DNA of 64,000 bases from Vermamoeba vermiformis (GCA_045837725.1 JBEWZL010000232.1:186001-250000), one strand, 5' to 3'. Shown: positions 13,464 to 26,633, numbered from the stretch's first letter. Notes: generated by a model not told the origin, from the sequence alone. A program made the numbers and translations.

Positions 13464-14366
13464 TTAGTAACCCAACGCCTCCTTGATGATCACAATGTGA
13501 ATTCTGCCGGGAGCAAAAGGATTGCCGTGGTGAATAGACACTGTGTGCAAGACCATTAGTTGCGTATTCAATAATAATATAGTAACTGCTGGTACGTACA
13601 AACAAAGTTGAGCATAGAGCCAGGGGCACCATAAGCCTTTCTAGCGCGGGCAGATTCGACAGGGAACACGTACTCCTTAGTGCGGCTGTAGAAACGCGGT
13701 CAGAATACACCATAGTATTGAGTTTGAGTACTGGAACTTACGCCACAGCGTCGTCGTGCGTGGGCACAATCTTGTTGGAGCCAGCGACGACAATGACGTT
13801 CTTGGCGGAGTGAGAGAAGCCACCGACACGTGATCCAGTCGCGTCAGCAATCACCTGCGAAATAAATCAACAACTGCGCGGTATTGAATGCATTAGCGGT
13901 GCTTACCAGTTCACCAGTCTCGCTGAGGCCAGACACACTGGACAAGAAGTAATCAGCGCTCATGGCGTGACGGCGAAGCTCAGCGGCCTTGGCTTGATCC
14001 TTCTCGGCCAAGATTTCAGCGTGCAAGTTCTTCCACTTGGTTTCAGTCTTGAGGACATCGAGGAATCCAACTTCGCTCTAATGATGTGTTAGATTGGCTA
14101 TAATAATGCGAAAAAATCTTCAACGGACTTACTAAAGTAGTAGATCCCGCGTTATATACCGAAGAACTTGCTGGGATGTGGTCCTTCAAGAAAGCAACGG
14201 CCTCGCTAGAAGTATTGAATACAGAGACCTTGTGACCCTTGGCTTCAAGAGATTTCTTAGTCCTTTCAATTTGGTCGTCAGATGCAGGGCGCAAGTACTT
14301 TTGAGGCAACTTGAGGAGATCGGGCTCAGCTTGTTGAAGTTCGGAAATTGGGAATAAACCAGACAT
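13464..14366 (-). CDS. LUD-domain protein (LutC/YkgG-like, lactate utilisation domain)
   Basis: Spliced: NAGSTTL..GFLDVL...ADYFLSSVSGLSETGELVIADATGSRVGG..SAKNVIVVAGSNKIVPT...GRIHIVIIKEALGY*, typical of LUD/DUF1121 proteins. Confidence 0.85.
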
Positions 14367-14423
14367 GTTGCTTTGTTATCTAATTGACTAACCTTGATAA
14401 ATGAAACTCGATTCATCATACCA

Positions 14424-14516
14424 TTTTATAGCTGCAGTACTCCGTTCAAATGTGAGCCCGGAAATTTCCACGGACTCACTTGTTCGAGAAGGTGGAAGAA
14501 GTTTGCTGAAGGTTCC
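14424..14516 (-). promoter_or_regulatory. TATA box plus heat-shock element array upstream of the LUD gene
   Basis: TATAAAA on the minus strand at 14430-14424; gGAAa-tTTCc at 14460-14469; seven in-register pentamers gTTCg aGAAg gTGGa aGAAg tTTGc tGAAg gTTCc at 14482-14516 (5 of 7 perfect nGAAn/nTTCn). Confidence 0.65.
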
Positions 14517-14860
14517 TACCGCGGAATCACAAGAAGCTCTGTTCCATATTTAGAAACGAACGGTAGATTTACTGAACCGCGCTTCTGAGCCATTAGTCAG
14601 AAGGTACGAGTCACCGACAACTCCGCCGTGGATGTAGCGAAAGTTTTAACTTACTGCTAATATCAATCTAATTGTATTGATACGTACGTGGTAATAACAG
14701 CGTTGATCATGATTCAATTGCCATCAGATTGTGCATCCACGCAACCGGAAGTCCGTCTGCTTTGTTTCTTAAACTTGTGCTCTCGACGCTGCAAGTAGTA
14801 CAATACGAGTATTCTAATAGGACTATGAAGCATCTGATAGTTAGCGGAAAAACGGGAGTT

Positions 14861-16219
14861 TTATAGGGCCTTCTCCTTTCGTCGGACTTTACCAACGACA
14901 TAATAATAGTACTTCAAGAACACGACAGTCGCTGCGCGCAACACACCTCCGAAGCAGATCTGCAACAGAATTTCAGTGAACGAACCAGGCGACATCCCGC
15001 CCACTGTCAGCTTCAAGAGCCCACCTTGCAGCCCTGTGCTGATCATGTAAGTGTAGTTGTCGACGGCATTCATGATGCTCCTGTGAGGTACGAGTGTTAT
15101 AATCGCGAATTAATACGAAATGAATTGATTAGTAGTCGTACGTGGCAACAGATTCGGGCGAGGTTGGTGGATCGGACAACAATTTGGTTTCTTCGGGCTT
15201 AATTCGGTTCTCCTGCAAATACATTCGAATAAATACGCGCCGATGCGAGCATTCAAATATGCTTTTACCTCGGCGTACATCGGAGTGTCTACATCCGCGG
15301 GGATAGCAAGCTGGAAGAAAATATTGAACGGTCTGTATTCAATGTCAAGACCGTCCACGAGACCCTTCAACGCATATTTAGTCGGAGTATAGGGTGAGTA
15401 GCCAGGGAAGCCAGTAATGCTCAACAAAGAACCGACCACAACAACGCTGGATCGAGGTCAGTACATGGGCTTAGACTGCATTATAGAATATGATTGACCG
15501 TACCGCCCTCTCTTCTGAGATCTCATATAAGGAAGTACAGCTAAAATCGAGTACACAACGCCCAAATAATTGATCTCCATCAAACGCTTAAAGTATTTCG
15601 GATCCACCTTCAAATACGCGATTAAATAAGCGTTCGCATGCGCGTATTTTAGTGTTATCTATTACCTCGTCAAATCGCTCGGGTCTAGTCTCACCAGCAC
15701 AGGCAATGAGCAGATCCATTTTGCCGTTATTTCTTGCAACGGCGTCATCAATTGTTTTCTTAACAGCTTCGATATCTGATACGTCTGTCGATAGGGCTAA
15801 TATTTTTTGATCCTAGTTGTACAATCAGTCAATTTGTATATTGAATATCAAAAATATCGATAAATGCTGAAAAATCAATTAGATGCGCTCAAACAACACT
15901 TTTATTCTCGCCAATGCATATACTTAGAGAATAATTCATGGCGCGAATATTAAAATTATTAAGTGCAGTTACTTACGCCATTGACACGCGCAGATTCGAG
16001 CGTTTTAAGTGCAGCCTTGAGCTTGTCCATATTGCGCGCTAGAATGGTGACATGAGCACCGCGCTTGACTGCCATCAGAGCAGCACACAAACCAATGCCC
16101 GACGAGCCTCCTGTAATGACTACATGAGATGTGGCCCAGTTGATCTTGTGTGGCTTAGTGCTCATCAGCCATGCGTGCACTAATAGCAGTGCAATGATAC
16201 CGAGTATAATGTACAACAT
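14861..16219 (-). CDS. KDSR: 3-ketodihydrosphingosine reductase (KDSR/TSC10, SDR family)
   Basis: N-terminal TM helix, HVVITGGSSGIG, YSPYTPTKYALKGL (YxxxK), PADVDTP, and C-terminal hydrophobic helix after GGMSP. Confidence 0.85.
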
Positions 16220-16345
16220 TATGATTATCAGTGGCTCTTGTGGTGCAATGAGATCGGCGGCAAAAATAATAGTCAAAATTATTGAAAGGAAAGAGCACTT
16301 AGAGTCAGACTTTTATTGTAGTATAATAATATTATCGGTAGCACA

Positions 16346-17516
16346 ATGTCAGCAGAACAGCGCAGGCTTAAAGTTGCTGAAGAATGGGAAAGGGCGATCG
16401 ATGTTGCAAAGTTGAATAAAACGTAAGCACCGTATAAATTGGAAAATATACTATTAAAATCATATTATTGCATCAAATAATGTTCGTAAACTTGTTAAAG
16501 AACAGAACAAGAGTCATCCGGCCTTCAAATTTTTTATTATCTTATTTTAATTAATTAAAATGTCATATACTAATGATAATATAATTAGTACGATGAATAA
16601 TATTATTATGGATTATTTAATCGTTTCTGGACACAAAGAAGCAGCAGAAAAATTTGCGCGCGAATCTGGAACTGAACGTAAGCATTAGAAATGCCTTTTG
16701 AACGCACCGAAGCATTTACTAATATAATCATTAATTTTATAGCCAAGATTGATTTATCATCCCTTGACGAACGAATGGCGATCCGATCAGCCATTGAACA
16801 AGGCAATATTGATGCGAGCATTGAGATGTTGAACGATCTCGATGCGGAGATATTAGACACCAATGACGAACTGTATTTCCACTTGCAATTGCAAAAGCTC
16901 GTTGAATTGTAAGTCTGCATGGTTTTTAATTTTTCGGATCCAGCTGACTTTATGTGTCCAGAATTAGCCAAGGTCAAATTATGGGGGCACTGCAGTTTGC
17001 ACAACAAGAGCTGGCCGCAAGGGGACGACAAAATGTACGTTGTAATCTTATTATCTATTTAAACAATTGTGTGACTGATGTGACAACTAGCCCGTGTACC
17101 TCGCTGAACTGGAGCGTGTCATGTCAGTGCTGGCCTTTGAAGACAAGTCACTGCTGCCTGAACAAGAGCTCGTTGATGGCTCGCGTCGCATGAACACTGC
17201 GAGTGAAGTCAATGCCGCGATATTGCAGTCACAGAACTTAAACAAAGGTAGGGGCTTGGTGATCGACAGTGCTTGTGCAACAATTTACACTTTGATATCG
17301 TCAGATCCCAAGTTGATGTACTTGCTCAAACTGTTGCTGTGGAGTGAACGACAAATGGACAAGAAGAAAATCAAGTACCCCAAGATCAACATCGAGACAC
17401 TGCTGCATGGCAATGCTGCTGACTCGAACGCGCATGATCAAGTTATGCAGACCATCGATCACTTGATGGCACAACTTCGCGACGAAGAATTGATGGATCT
17501 ATCGCAAGATAAGTAG
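16346..17516 (+). CDS. GID8: GID8/TWA1 CTLH-complex subunit (LisH-CTLH-CRA)
   Basis: MNNIIMDYLIVSGHKEAAEKFARESG (LisH); RMAIRSAIEQGNI..LYFHLQLQKLVEL (CTLH); ELERVMSVLAF..TASEVNAAIL..LLKLLLW (CRA). Confidence 0.92.
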
Positions 17517-17645
17517 ACACAACTCTTCATTTGTAAATAGGACCGCACTCTTGATGTAAATTTTCATGTGAATAATTAAATTGAATTTTTGGCTTTATTA
17601 TTTTACAAGATTATTTAGCCGCTATAGTTACACGTTGAAATGAGC

Positions 17646-18874
17646 TTAGTTTCTGTAGGTGACGCCGTACAGCGCTTGTTTGACTTGTTGTCGCTGCGAG
17701 TCATTGAGGTGCACGGGGTACGATACATTGAAGTTGATGATCAAGTCACCGCGCTCGCTTGGATTCTTTGAGCTGGGGAATCCTTCTCTCGGCACAACTT
17801 TAGTGAACTGAGGGTGCACGACCTCTCGGATGGGCACTTGAACTCTGCGGCCATCGAGTGTCGGGATGTTCAATTGACAGCCACCGAGTGCCTGTGACAA
17901 TGTGATGTCCGCGGTGTACAACAAGTTGTTGCCCTCGCGACGGAAGTAAGGATGTTGAGTCTCTTCAATCACAAACACGACGTCACGGGCAGGGCCGTTA
18001 GGTGTCTCATCGCCTTCTTCAGCGAATGTGTATTTGGTGCCGGGTTTGATGCCGGGCTTGATCTGGATCTCGAACGTCTTGTCCACAGGCACACTCTTGC
18101 CAGTCTGGTCTACTAAGTGCTTCTTGACTTTCATGTGCTTCACACAGCCGTTGAAGAGCTCTTCGAGCGAGCAGGGCACTTTGTACTTCATTGATGGAGG
18201 TCTGGCGGGACCTCTGTTGAACGAGCCAAATCCACCAAAGCCAGATCCAGAGCCGCTGCGAGCAGAACTGAAGTTATAGTCCATTGGATCTTCATCGCTG
18301 TCAAAACCGCCAAAATTGGATGAACCAAATGTTGAGCCAAATCCACTAAAGCCTGATCCACTAGTTCCGCTAGTACGGCCAAACGTGCCAAATGGATCTC
18401 GTGAACCAAATATCTTCTCAAAGAGTTCTCGAGGATCTGATGGGGCGTAGTAGTAAGTTCGTGAACCGCCACCGGGCATGCCACCAAATCCTCCGAAATT
18501 GCCCGCTGCAGCTTGATCCGGGTCAATTCCAGCCTTCAAACCTTCCTCTCCATATTTATCGTATATCTTTCTCTTCTTCTCATCAGTTAAAACTTCGTAA
18601 GCCTCAGCGACGGCCTAGAAAAGGTGGTTAGATCGCGAATCTTGAAATTTTCATAAACAATCAAACTTACCTTAAATTTTTCTTCCGCTTCTTTCTTATT
18701 GTTAATATTACGATCAGGATGATACTTCAAAGCAGCTTTCTTGTAAGCTTTCTGTTTAAGCACAACGGTTAGTTATTGTTAAAAATTTACAATTCTTTGA
18801 GCAGATCTTACCTTGATCTCTTCTTGTGTGGCAGTTTTTGCAACTCCCAATACTTCGTAAAAGTCTTTACCCAT
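17646..18874 (-). CDS. Class B J-domain co-chaperone (DNAJB/Sis1-type Hsp40)
   Basis: MGKDFYEVLGV..AALKYHPDRN (HPD motif), G/F-rich linker, C-terminal domain CSLEELFNG..IKPG.K.GTK.TF.EEGD..ITLSQALGG; no zinc finger. Confidence 0.93.
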
Positions 18875-19086
18875 GATGTGTGGCTTCTAAACTGGAGGAG
18901 AAAGCTTTGGAGGGGTTTTATGCCTTCGCTGCTCCAGAAATTCTCGCGAAAACTCAGTGAAAATTTGCTGAAAACTGACGGAAACAACACCGGGTCACGC
19001 GTTCATGACTCCATTCGCACAACTCCGAGAAACTCATGCGAATATCTTTTATCATAAATCCTAACTATCTAACACGGATGGTAAAG

Positions 19087-22000
19087 TTACAGAATATACA
19101 TAGAAATGGCAACAACAGCTGCTACAAGCAAGTCGACTGGTGTATGCATAGCTGCTGAAACCATGGAACCTTGTTGAACGGGTGCACTAACAGGAAGAGC
19201 AGAGACATAAGGGGCGATATCTGTCAATCGGAGTTTAGTCGGATATTTTTATCATGGTTCTTGAAAGCAACTTACCTCCAGTGAATTGATAAGTGAGCGG
19301 ACCAATCAAATTCCAATAATTGATTGATACATAGAACTGCACGGTCGTATTTTTCGCAGCGAGCGAGTACCACGAAGGCACGGGACAAGTGATCGTGGTG
19401 TTGTCAATCAATGTCGCGGGAGTGACGCGTTCATTGCTGTCACCGAACACGCACACCAAGCAGTCAGGGCTCGTGGTGTAAGTGGTCTCGGGGTTGCAGC
19501 CAGTGAACTGCTCGAAGCCTGAGCCTTTGACAGTGATCTTGTTGCCGCCGTCCAATGAACCGCTAGCAGGGGTGACATTGAGAGCACGGACATTGTTCGC
19601 TGTGCAGAGTGTTAGAACGAACATTAAAGTCATTGTTATCCCTTACAATAGACCCTGATAGTAGCCTGGCCCATGTAGACCACATTGTCACTCGACACCG
19701 AGATGTTGAAGGGCTGCGTTGAGTTCATTTGAGGAGTGGTGCATACAGCGAATTCACTCCACTGATTGACCACCAATCGACCTCTGTAGGGCATATCGGC
19801 GTTGATGCGACACCACACCTCATCGGTGACGGTGTTGAAACCAGAAGTGCTCCAAAACACATCGCTGCCGTTCTGTGGCACGGCTGCGGGATAAGGACCG
19901 CGCAACACATGCACTGGTCTGCCTGGGTTTGAAGTAGGGGCCTTGACTGGTCCGTGGGGAGCCCGTACAGGGGCTGTAACAGGGGAGTGGACAGGAGCTG
20001 CAACAGGAGCTCTAACGGGCGCGGAGACTGGTGCAGTGACTGGTGCACGAACAGGAGCGGCAACAGGAGGGGTGACAGGTGGAGTGGTTGGAGGAGTGAC
20101 AGGGGGAGTGACAGGGGGAGTGACAGGGGGAGTGACAGGTGCAGCGGTGGGAGTGAAGTCAGGCAGTGGTGTGGCTGGTCCTTGAGTACCACAGAACATG
20201 CCCGAGGCCAAGCCAGTAGCCGTGAGCGCTTGCACCAATGAGGCACAGTCGGATGAAGTGACAACTTGACCACTCAACGCGCCAGTCACGGGATCGCGCA
20301 GATTGACATTGTTGCTCGAGAGTTCTTGACACGCTTTGATCAAGAAGTCTGCGTGCTGCGCGAAGGTACTGGTGGGCACGTGTTTGGCGAGACCACGGAT
20401 GTAGATGTGGAAGGCTTTGACCAGTCCAACACCTGTCACTGTCCGGCCGTTCAGTGAACCGCCGTCCACGAACAGTGCGTAGTTTTGATTTGGAACGCCG
20501 GAGTTGGTGTGGACACCTCCACTGTCAATTGTGCCGCAAAACATGTAGCTGTCGTCCACTGAGGCAGGATTAAAGAAACAGTTCGGGTTGTACATGTCAC
20601 GAATTCCTGCAATGTTTGTCAATCACTGTTTGACACGTGTCATCAATTACTGCTCGTACGTACCAAGCGTTTGACCGCCAGAGTTGCGCGAAGAGAGCAC
20701 ATTAGTGACTTGATCGCCAATGATCCAGCGTCTGTTGTTATCGGGTATGTAACAGGCACGTGATGTTCTGGGTGGAAAGGCCGTGGGTAGATTCATGAAC
20801 TGTTGAATGGACTCGCCGATAATGTCAGCATAGCCCTCGTTCAATGCACCGCTTTGATATTGATACTGCAAGTTAGCCAAGCCTGAGACATACCCCTGTA
20901 AATGACACGTGTCAATCAACGGTGTCACAAAGTCACCATCCACTTACATGACCCCACTCGTGTGCCACTACGTCAATGCCATTGCCGAGACCAGGGCAGT
21001 AGTACGACGCACCATATGGCGGAATGAATGCAGCGTTAGGGCACTGCCAGCCACCCATGGCCCCGGAGAGAGTGTTGGTGTACATTTTGAACGAGGCACC
21101 GTGCAAGTCCCACGAGTCATAGCCTCCGACATTGTTCATCGCCGTGTACAGCTGACCCGACGCGGCCACGAGTGTGTCGACCTCAGCATTGCCAGTGGTG
21201 CCCTGGCCCTCGCTGTAGATCCACGTTTTGGAGCCGTAGTCGGTCACGTAGCGACTGAGCGCGTTGTGCACGCCAGAGAAGTCATCAATCACTGCACCGC
21301 TGTGTGCGTCCACGAACACGTGATGCACGTCCAAGTGTTCAATGCAGACAGTGGTCACGTGGTAAGTCACGTGATTGGTGCCTGCCTTGCCCTGCGTGAG
21401 GCCTGTGCGGTACACCACGAGCTCGATCTGACTCGCCTCGTATGTCCTAATTAGGCAAGCGATTAGATACGCGCAATCACATGGACTTGATACTCACATG
21501 TTGCTATTGAGTGAAGCACGTGCAATGTCTTTAGCCTCCTCTCGCGTGAGTGTTGGCACCACATCCAAGTGCAGATCAGGAATGATAGTGCTCGTCACTG
21601 ACAAGACTGCATTCTGTTCGTTGAAGGTCACGCGAAGTGCAGTGCCATAGACTTTCAGACCCTTGTAGACCTATGCAACCGTATCAATATTAACTCTAGC
21701 ATACCAAATTAGAAGCCACACGTACCTGATGAAAACTCAGTTGAAAGCGACCGGGGATCTGGAAGTCGTTCGTCTTGTCCATGAATACAAGCTCTTCGTC
21801 CATATTCCCCACGCCCAATTGAGGAGTTCGTTGTAGAAATTCGCGCAAAGAATCGAGCGGGTCAAGTACCGGATCTAGCGCAGCAATTATTAGTAAATGA
21901 AGAATTGTCAGTTGATTAATAGCGTACCTAGTGCTCGCTTCTGGAGCTCACTTTCATCGACGATTACCATATACGCTGTTCCTGTAGCAGGATTTATGCG

Positions 22001-22177
22001 ACTTTCAGCATTGCCAAATCCGCTCTCAAGAAATCGGTTCACGCGAGAAGGATCTGTCGAAAAAACAATTAGAAAATCTTCGGCTTCATGAGTCATACTA
22101 CCTTGGGCGTATGATGATTGCCAGCAGCATGTTACAACTAAAAACAAGGCTAAAACAATGGCAGATCTGTGCTTCAT
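19087..22177 (-). CDS. Secreted thermolysin-family (M4) metalloprotease with propeptide, Pro/Thr linker, IPT/TIG domain and probable GPI signal
   Basis: Signal peptide; FTP/PepSY-like propeptide (VFVDAHSGAVI); NAA motif; DVVAHEWGH; GALNEGYADI; GGVHTNSGVPN; IPT (VTPASGSLDGGNKITVKGSGF); hydrophobic tail VDLLVAAVVAISMYIL*. Confidence 0.88.
20065..20140. repeat. 12-bp coding minisatellite (PPVT linker repeats)
   Basis: AGGGGGAGTGAC x3 at 20101-20136 with degenerate flanking units; encodes the PPVT/APV linker of the M4 protease. Confidence 0.85.
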
Positions 22178-22618
22178 CTTGAGTTGATGCCAATGTGAAT
22201 AATAAATGAACTGAATGTGCGGTCATTTTAATTTATATCCGACGCGATGACCATATTAGGGTATTGTCGGTTACGCCTGATTCGCGCGTGCATTTGTAAT
22301 TAACCGTCAATTTAATATGAAAAATTGTACTAATTAGTACACTAGGGCGTATCTTATTAAATACCCGTGTAACTACAGTCCACAAATCTGAATTTAAGGA
22401 TATAACAAGATTTGGGAGTTGATACGCGTATATATGTGAATATACTCAGTATCTTAGTAATTTAGATTTTGTAAATTGAGTGGATCCAAATCGGATTTAG
22501 TAAGTTGGTGAATTAGAGTTGATATTGCCATATTGATTGACGGTTTTCATGTTATCGCAGTAATATCGCTATTTATTACAAGAATTGAAACAGAGTTACC
22601 TGGTGTCAGATCCAGTGC

Positions 22619-23927
22619 TCATTTCGTTCGTTGTTTTTTCGCCTTTCGTTTGGCAGATTTGCTCTTGCGCTCGGTACCATCATTATATAACTCTACTATG
22701 CTCGTTGGCTGCGGTGTTGTGCTCTTCGAAGCCTCTTCTAACTTCTTATTTTCGTTATCGTAATTAAAGAAGAAAAATCCGTTATTGTTTGCGGCTGGTT
22801 TTGTTTCTGAAATCTTTTTCTTATCATTTTGTTGCTTGTTGTTCGCTGTCTTAGTATTCTTAGTATCATTTTTCGAAGTTGAACTCAGATCCTCTTTGGA
22901 TTCCATTTCACTTCGTTTTCTTTTCTTATTCTTCTTTGATTTTTTACTCTCCTTAGCATCGGTATTATTATCAGCTGGCTTATTATTCTCAGTTTTCTGC
23001 TGCACTTTGTCACCAGTTTGAACAATCTTTTCGTTCAATACTAGAGGTCGATAATTTGATCCATAAGGCTTCTTATTCTCCTTAACCTGTTTCTTATTCG
23101 TATTACTATCATCACTGCTGTCTTCTTGACCGCGCTGTTTTGAGATGCGCAAAGTGTTGGAGCTGATCACTTGTTTTTCTTGTTCTTCGAGTCGAGCGAG
23201 TTTGCCAGTCATTGACGCTTTTAACTGACGTCCCTCGCATACTTTAATGAGTTCTTCTTCGCGAATATTCGATGAAAAATTGTCTGGCTCTCTATCAAAA
23301 ATAATTAATTTGGAATTAATTTTGCATCTGGCTTATGATTGCTTACTTTGATTTTACAAATACACCATATTTCTTTTCTGGTGTTACTTCAACTTTAGGT
23401 TGCTCGACATGCACGACTGATTTGCCCTGATTTGAAATCAGATTCGACGATCGCGATCTAAAATCAAAAGTGACTTACATCTTCAGTCGATTCAATCTTA
23501 AGCTTTTGTGCCGCTTTATTATAAATGTTATCCCACCAATTGAAGTCTCTGATTGCATAGCCTTCGCCTCCGAGCTAAAATAAAGATAAAAACAATTAAT
23601 TGCGATCGACATCCGAAATGCCCGCATAATTCCCATTAATTTTATCATTAATTTCCTGCAATAATTTACGATAATTTAAAGGCCACTAAATGATTACACT
23701 TACGCCCACTGTGTCGTCCTTTTTGTCGACTTTAATGAAATCTTTAATACCGTTCTCATTCTTGCCAAGACCTTTGCCCCTGTGCTCAATATGATTAGTA
23801 TTGTATTGGGATGTATTTAAATCTTTAAACGAATTATTTCAGATGCGATCCACAACGATCGAGATTTGACTTGCTTGCTCCAGCCGTATTTCTTTAGCCA
23901 CTCTTCTGTCTTGTATACACCACTCAT
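22619..23927 (-). CDS. GPATCH4: G-patch domain protein 4-like nucleolar protein
   Basis: WLKKYGWSKGKGLGKNENGI (G-patch, across a GC-AG intron), NWWDNIYNKAA, MTGKLARLEEQE, Lys-rich tail. Confidence 0.8.
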
Positions 23928-24048
23928 ATTAGCTACGGTGAATACTCTCCTTGTTTGCTCTCGAGCAGATCACAACGAAAATCATGCCGGAAGAAATTCG
24001 TTCAGACTTGTCCTAGCGAAAATATTACTTCCAATTATTTATCCAACA

Positions 24049-25303
24049 ATGCACCACATATCTATCGTTATTTTCTTAGCGTTGACATATTCTGTGCAAG
24101 CACAACGAATATTTGTCACAGCGTCTGGGCCTTCTAGCAATAATGCACTGGATTCGGTGCTCTATTCGGTCAATATGGCAAATGGAAAAGTAGAACCATT
24201 AGTCGAAGTATTTGTGCAGGTTAATTTGGGGTAACAATGCTTCAATCATTGACTCGAAATAATTTAGATTTGACAATTCTTTATTTTGCAGCGTGGTTAC
24301 TGACGGACTTGCTGCTTATGACCCCAACACAAAGACATATTATAGTAGCGATGGATTTTCGAATATTTATCGCGTCGATTTGAGTTCTAATGCACTTCAA
24401 AGTACGATCAACTTTGGCTTTCAAAATATCTCAAGGTAAGACTTATTCTGCTTGATTGTGGTTAACTCTAATCTCCTACCAGCATGAATTATGATAACAA
24501 CAACCAGGCGCTATTTGGTAAGTCATTCTAACACCATAAAATCGATTAATTTTGTTGGACGTCAGTCGGTGGCTATGGACTCGACAACGTGCCTTACATA
24601 ATTGCTATTCCTAACAATAAGGCTTCATATGCTAGTATTAGTAAGTCATTTATGCATTTAATCGCTTATTTTAACGTCACTCAACAGTCGCCAAGCTGCC
24701 ATCCAGTTACTTGTATTTGTTTGGTACTTCAGACAGCAGTTCACACTACTATTATGTCTCTGGACAAAATGTATCTGAGTTTTCATTCAATCCTAATACC
24801 AAGTTCTTCTTAAATAAGGCAAGTTACGCGGCTTAATTTATTCTAATTGAGGTACTTATTTATGTTTCAGATCCGCGTTAAGAATCCATCTGAAATCGAT
24901 GCAGTTCAAATATCATGTCAAAAGACATTACAAGTATTCCCTAATTATATCTTTTGGGACTCGAAACAAAGCCAGTTGTACGGCATCAGTCTCGTGTACC
25001 AGAGTAAGGCTAGCTTTCAACTCCAATAGCTATTAACACTATATAGATATGGGCTCGTCATCACTTAATGTGCACCCTCTCTCACTCGATGGCAATAACT
25101 GTCAATTTACACAGCTCAATTTTCCGCAACAAGATCCATTCGTGATGGCGTGGGCCTATGATGAGAATACGAGTTCTATTTATGTAGCGCTTAGTCTCAA
25201 CTCTGGAGGTGGCTCAATTTGCCAATTTAACGTCCAATCAGGCGCCTGGACTCCTTGTACAAATGTTAATTTGTCGATCCAAACCATTCGCGTCGTGTAC
25301 TGA
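24049..25303 (+). CDS. Secreted protein, probable beta-propeller
   Basis: Signal peptide MHHISIVIFLALTYSVQA; repeated blade-like motifs (AAYDPNTKTYY, FWDSKQSQLYG, WAYDENTSSIYV); several short introns. Confidence 0.6.
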
Positions 25304-25488
25304 AAATAACGTATTAAATGTATCATAATACCCATGTTCATACAATAGCATTGATTAATACCATTAACTTATCGTCAATGATTATTCTCGGAGTGACGTC
25401 ATCAAAATGCTCAAAGCCAAAAAATTCTTATTTTTATTTAATTTTACAACACGTCACCCCGATATAATTAATATAGTAGTATTATATC

Positions 25489-26502
25489 ATGCAGAACGAT
25501 TTACAAACGTGGTGGCAATCGCAGCCGTTCGTGACTAAGTATTTGTTCGCGGGATCAATGCTTGTCACTATCGCAGCTAATTTTGGACTAGTGCATTATG
25601 TATATTTATTATTGGACTTTAGCGCGATATTCAAACAATTTCAGGTATTTATCATTAAGCATAAAGGAATTATAACCCATTTTTGAAATATTTTTCTAAT
25701 TTTTGAAACTATTAGTTGTGGCGTTTGGTGACTGCCTTCTTATTCCACGGTCGATTGGGTCTCCCATTCTTAATGCGCATGATCTTTTTGTAAGTCACAC
25801 CAATCCGGATTCCATCTCAAGAAATTGTATCGTTAATTCTTCCGTATTTAGACTTCAATACGGCAAAATGTTAGAACAAGGAACTTTCTTCAATAGACGC
25901 GCCGATTATATTTTTATGTTAGCCTTTGGTGCAGTAGTATTATTGGTACGTCTCAATTATAGCTCGATCTGGCTTAAAATTAACATCAAATTGTATGTTA
26001 GTTACCTGCCTATTTCCTTGACTTGAGAATTCTCGGCATGTCGTTGATTATGATGATCATTGCTTATTGGGCACGCAAGAACCCCGACCTCGATGTCAGA
26101 TTCATGTTTGGCTTGCAGTTCAAAGCTGCTTACTTGCCCTGGGTGATGCTCGGCTTTGAGATCTTGTTGGGTAAGTAGTTGACGGCCACACTCCCGGCAC
26201 ACTGATGCTGACACTGGTGTTGACAGGTGGCTGGCCTCTGAGCGAGTTCTTGGGCATGGGAGCCTCGCACTTGTACTTCTATTTGACGGACATTTATCCC
26301 AACATCTCGGGACGTCGTTGGTTGCAGACTCCGCAGTTCTTGTACGCACCAATGAAATTGTGATTGGTCATTGTACTCACCGCGTTATTCTAGGTTGGAT
26401 CTGTTCCCCGATCAACAACCAGCCCGACAACAAAACAACCCCGCAGCCCCTCGCGCACGAGGTTACAACTGGGGCCAAGGCAATGTGCTTGGCGGTCAAT
26501 AA
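25489..26502 (+). CDS. DERL1: Derlin (ERAD rhomboid pseudoprotease)
   Basis: WWQSQPFVTKY, Q(L)WRLVT, LEQGTFFNRRADYIFML, FKAAYLPW, SHLYFYL, C-terminal SHP box WGQGNVLGG. Confidence 0.88.
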
Positions 26503-26633
26503 CTTCAATCAGACTGTGACACTGTCGAGCTAATGACACGTGTCAAACTGTGAATAGCACGCAAATAAACGAAAAATTTACAATTTAATTTCGTTTATTA
26601 TGTACTAATAAATATATTATAGAGGTCTTTACA

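Noticed and set aside
18880-18990. Heat-shock elements upstream of the Hsp40 gene
   Set aside because: Several GAA/TTC words are present but no clean run of three in-register pentamers; not supportable.
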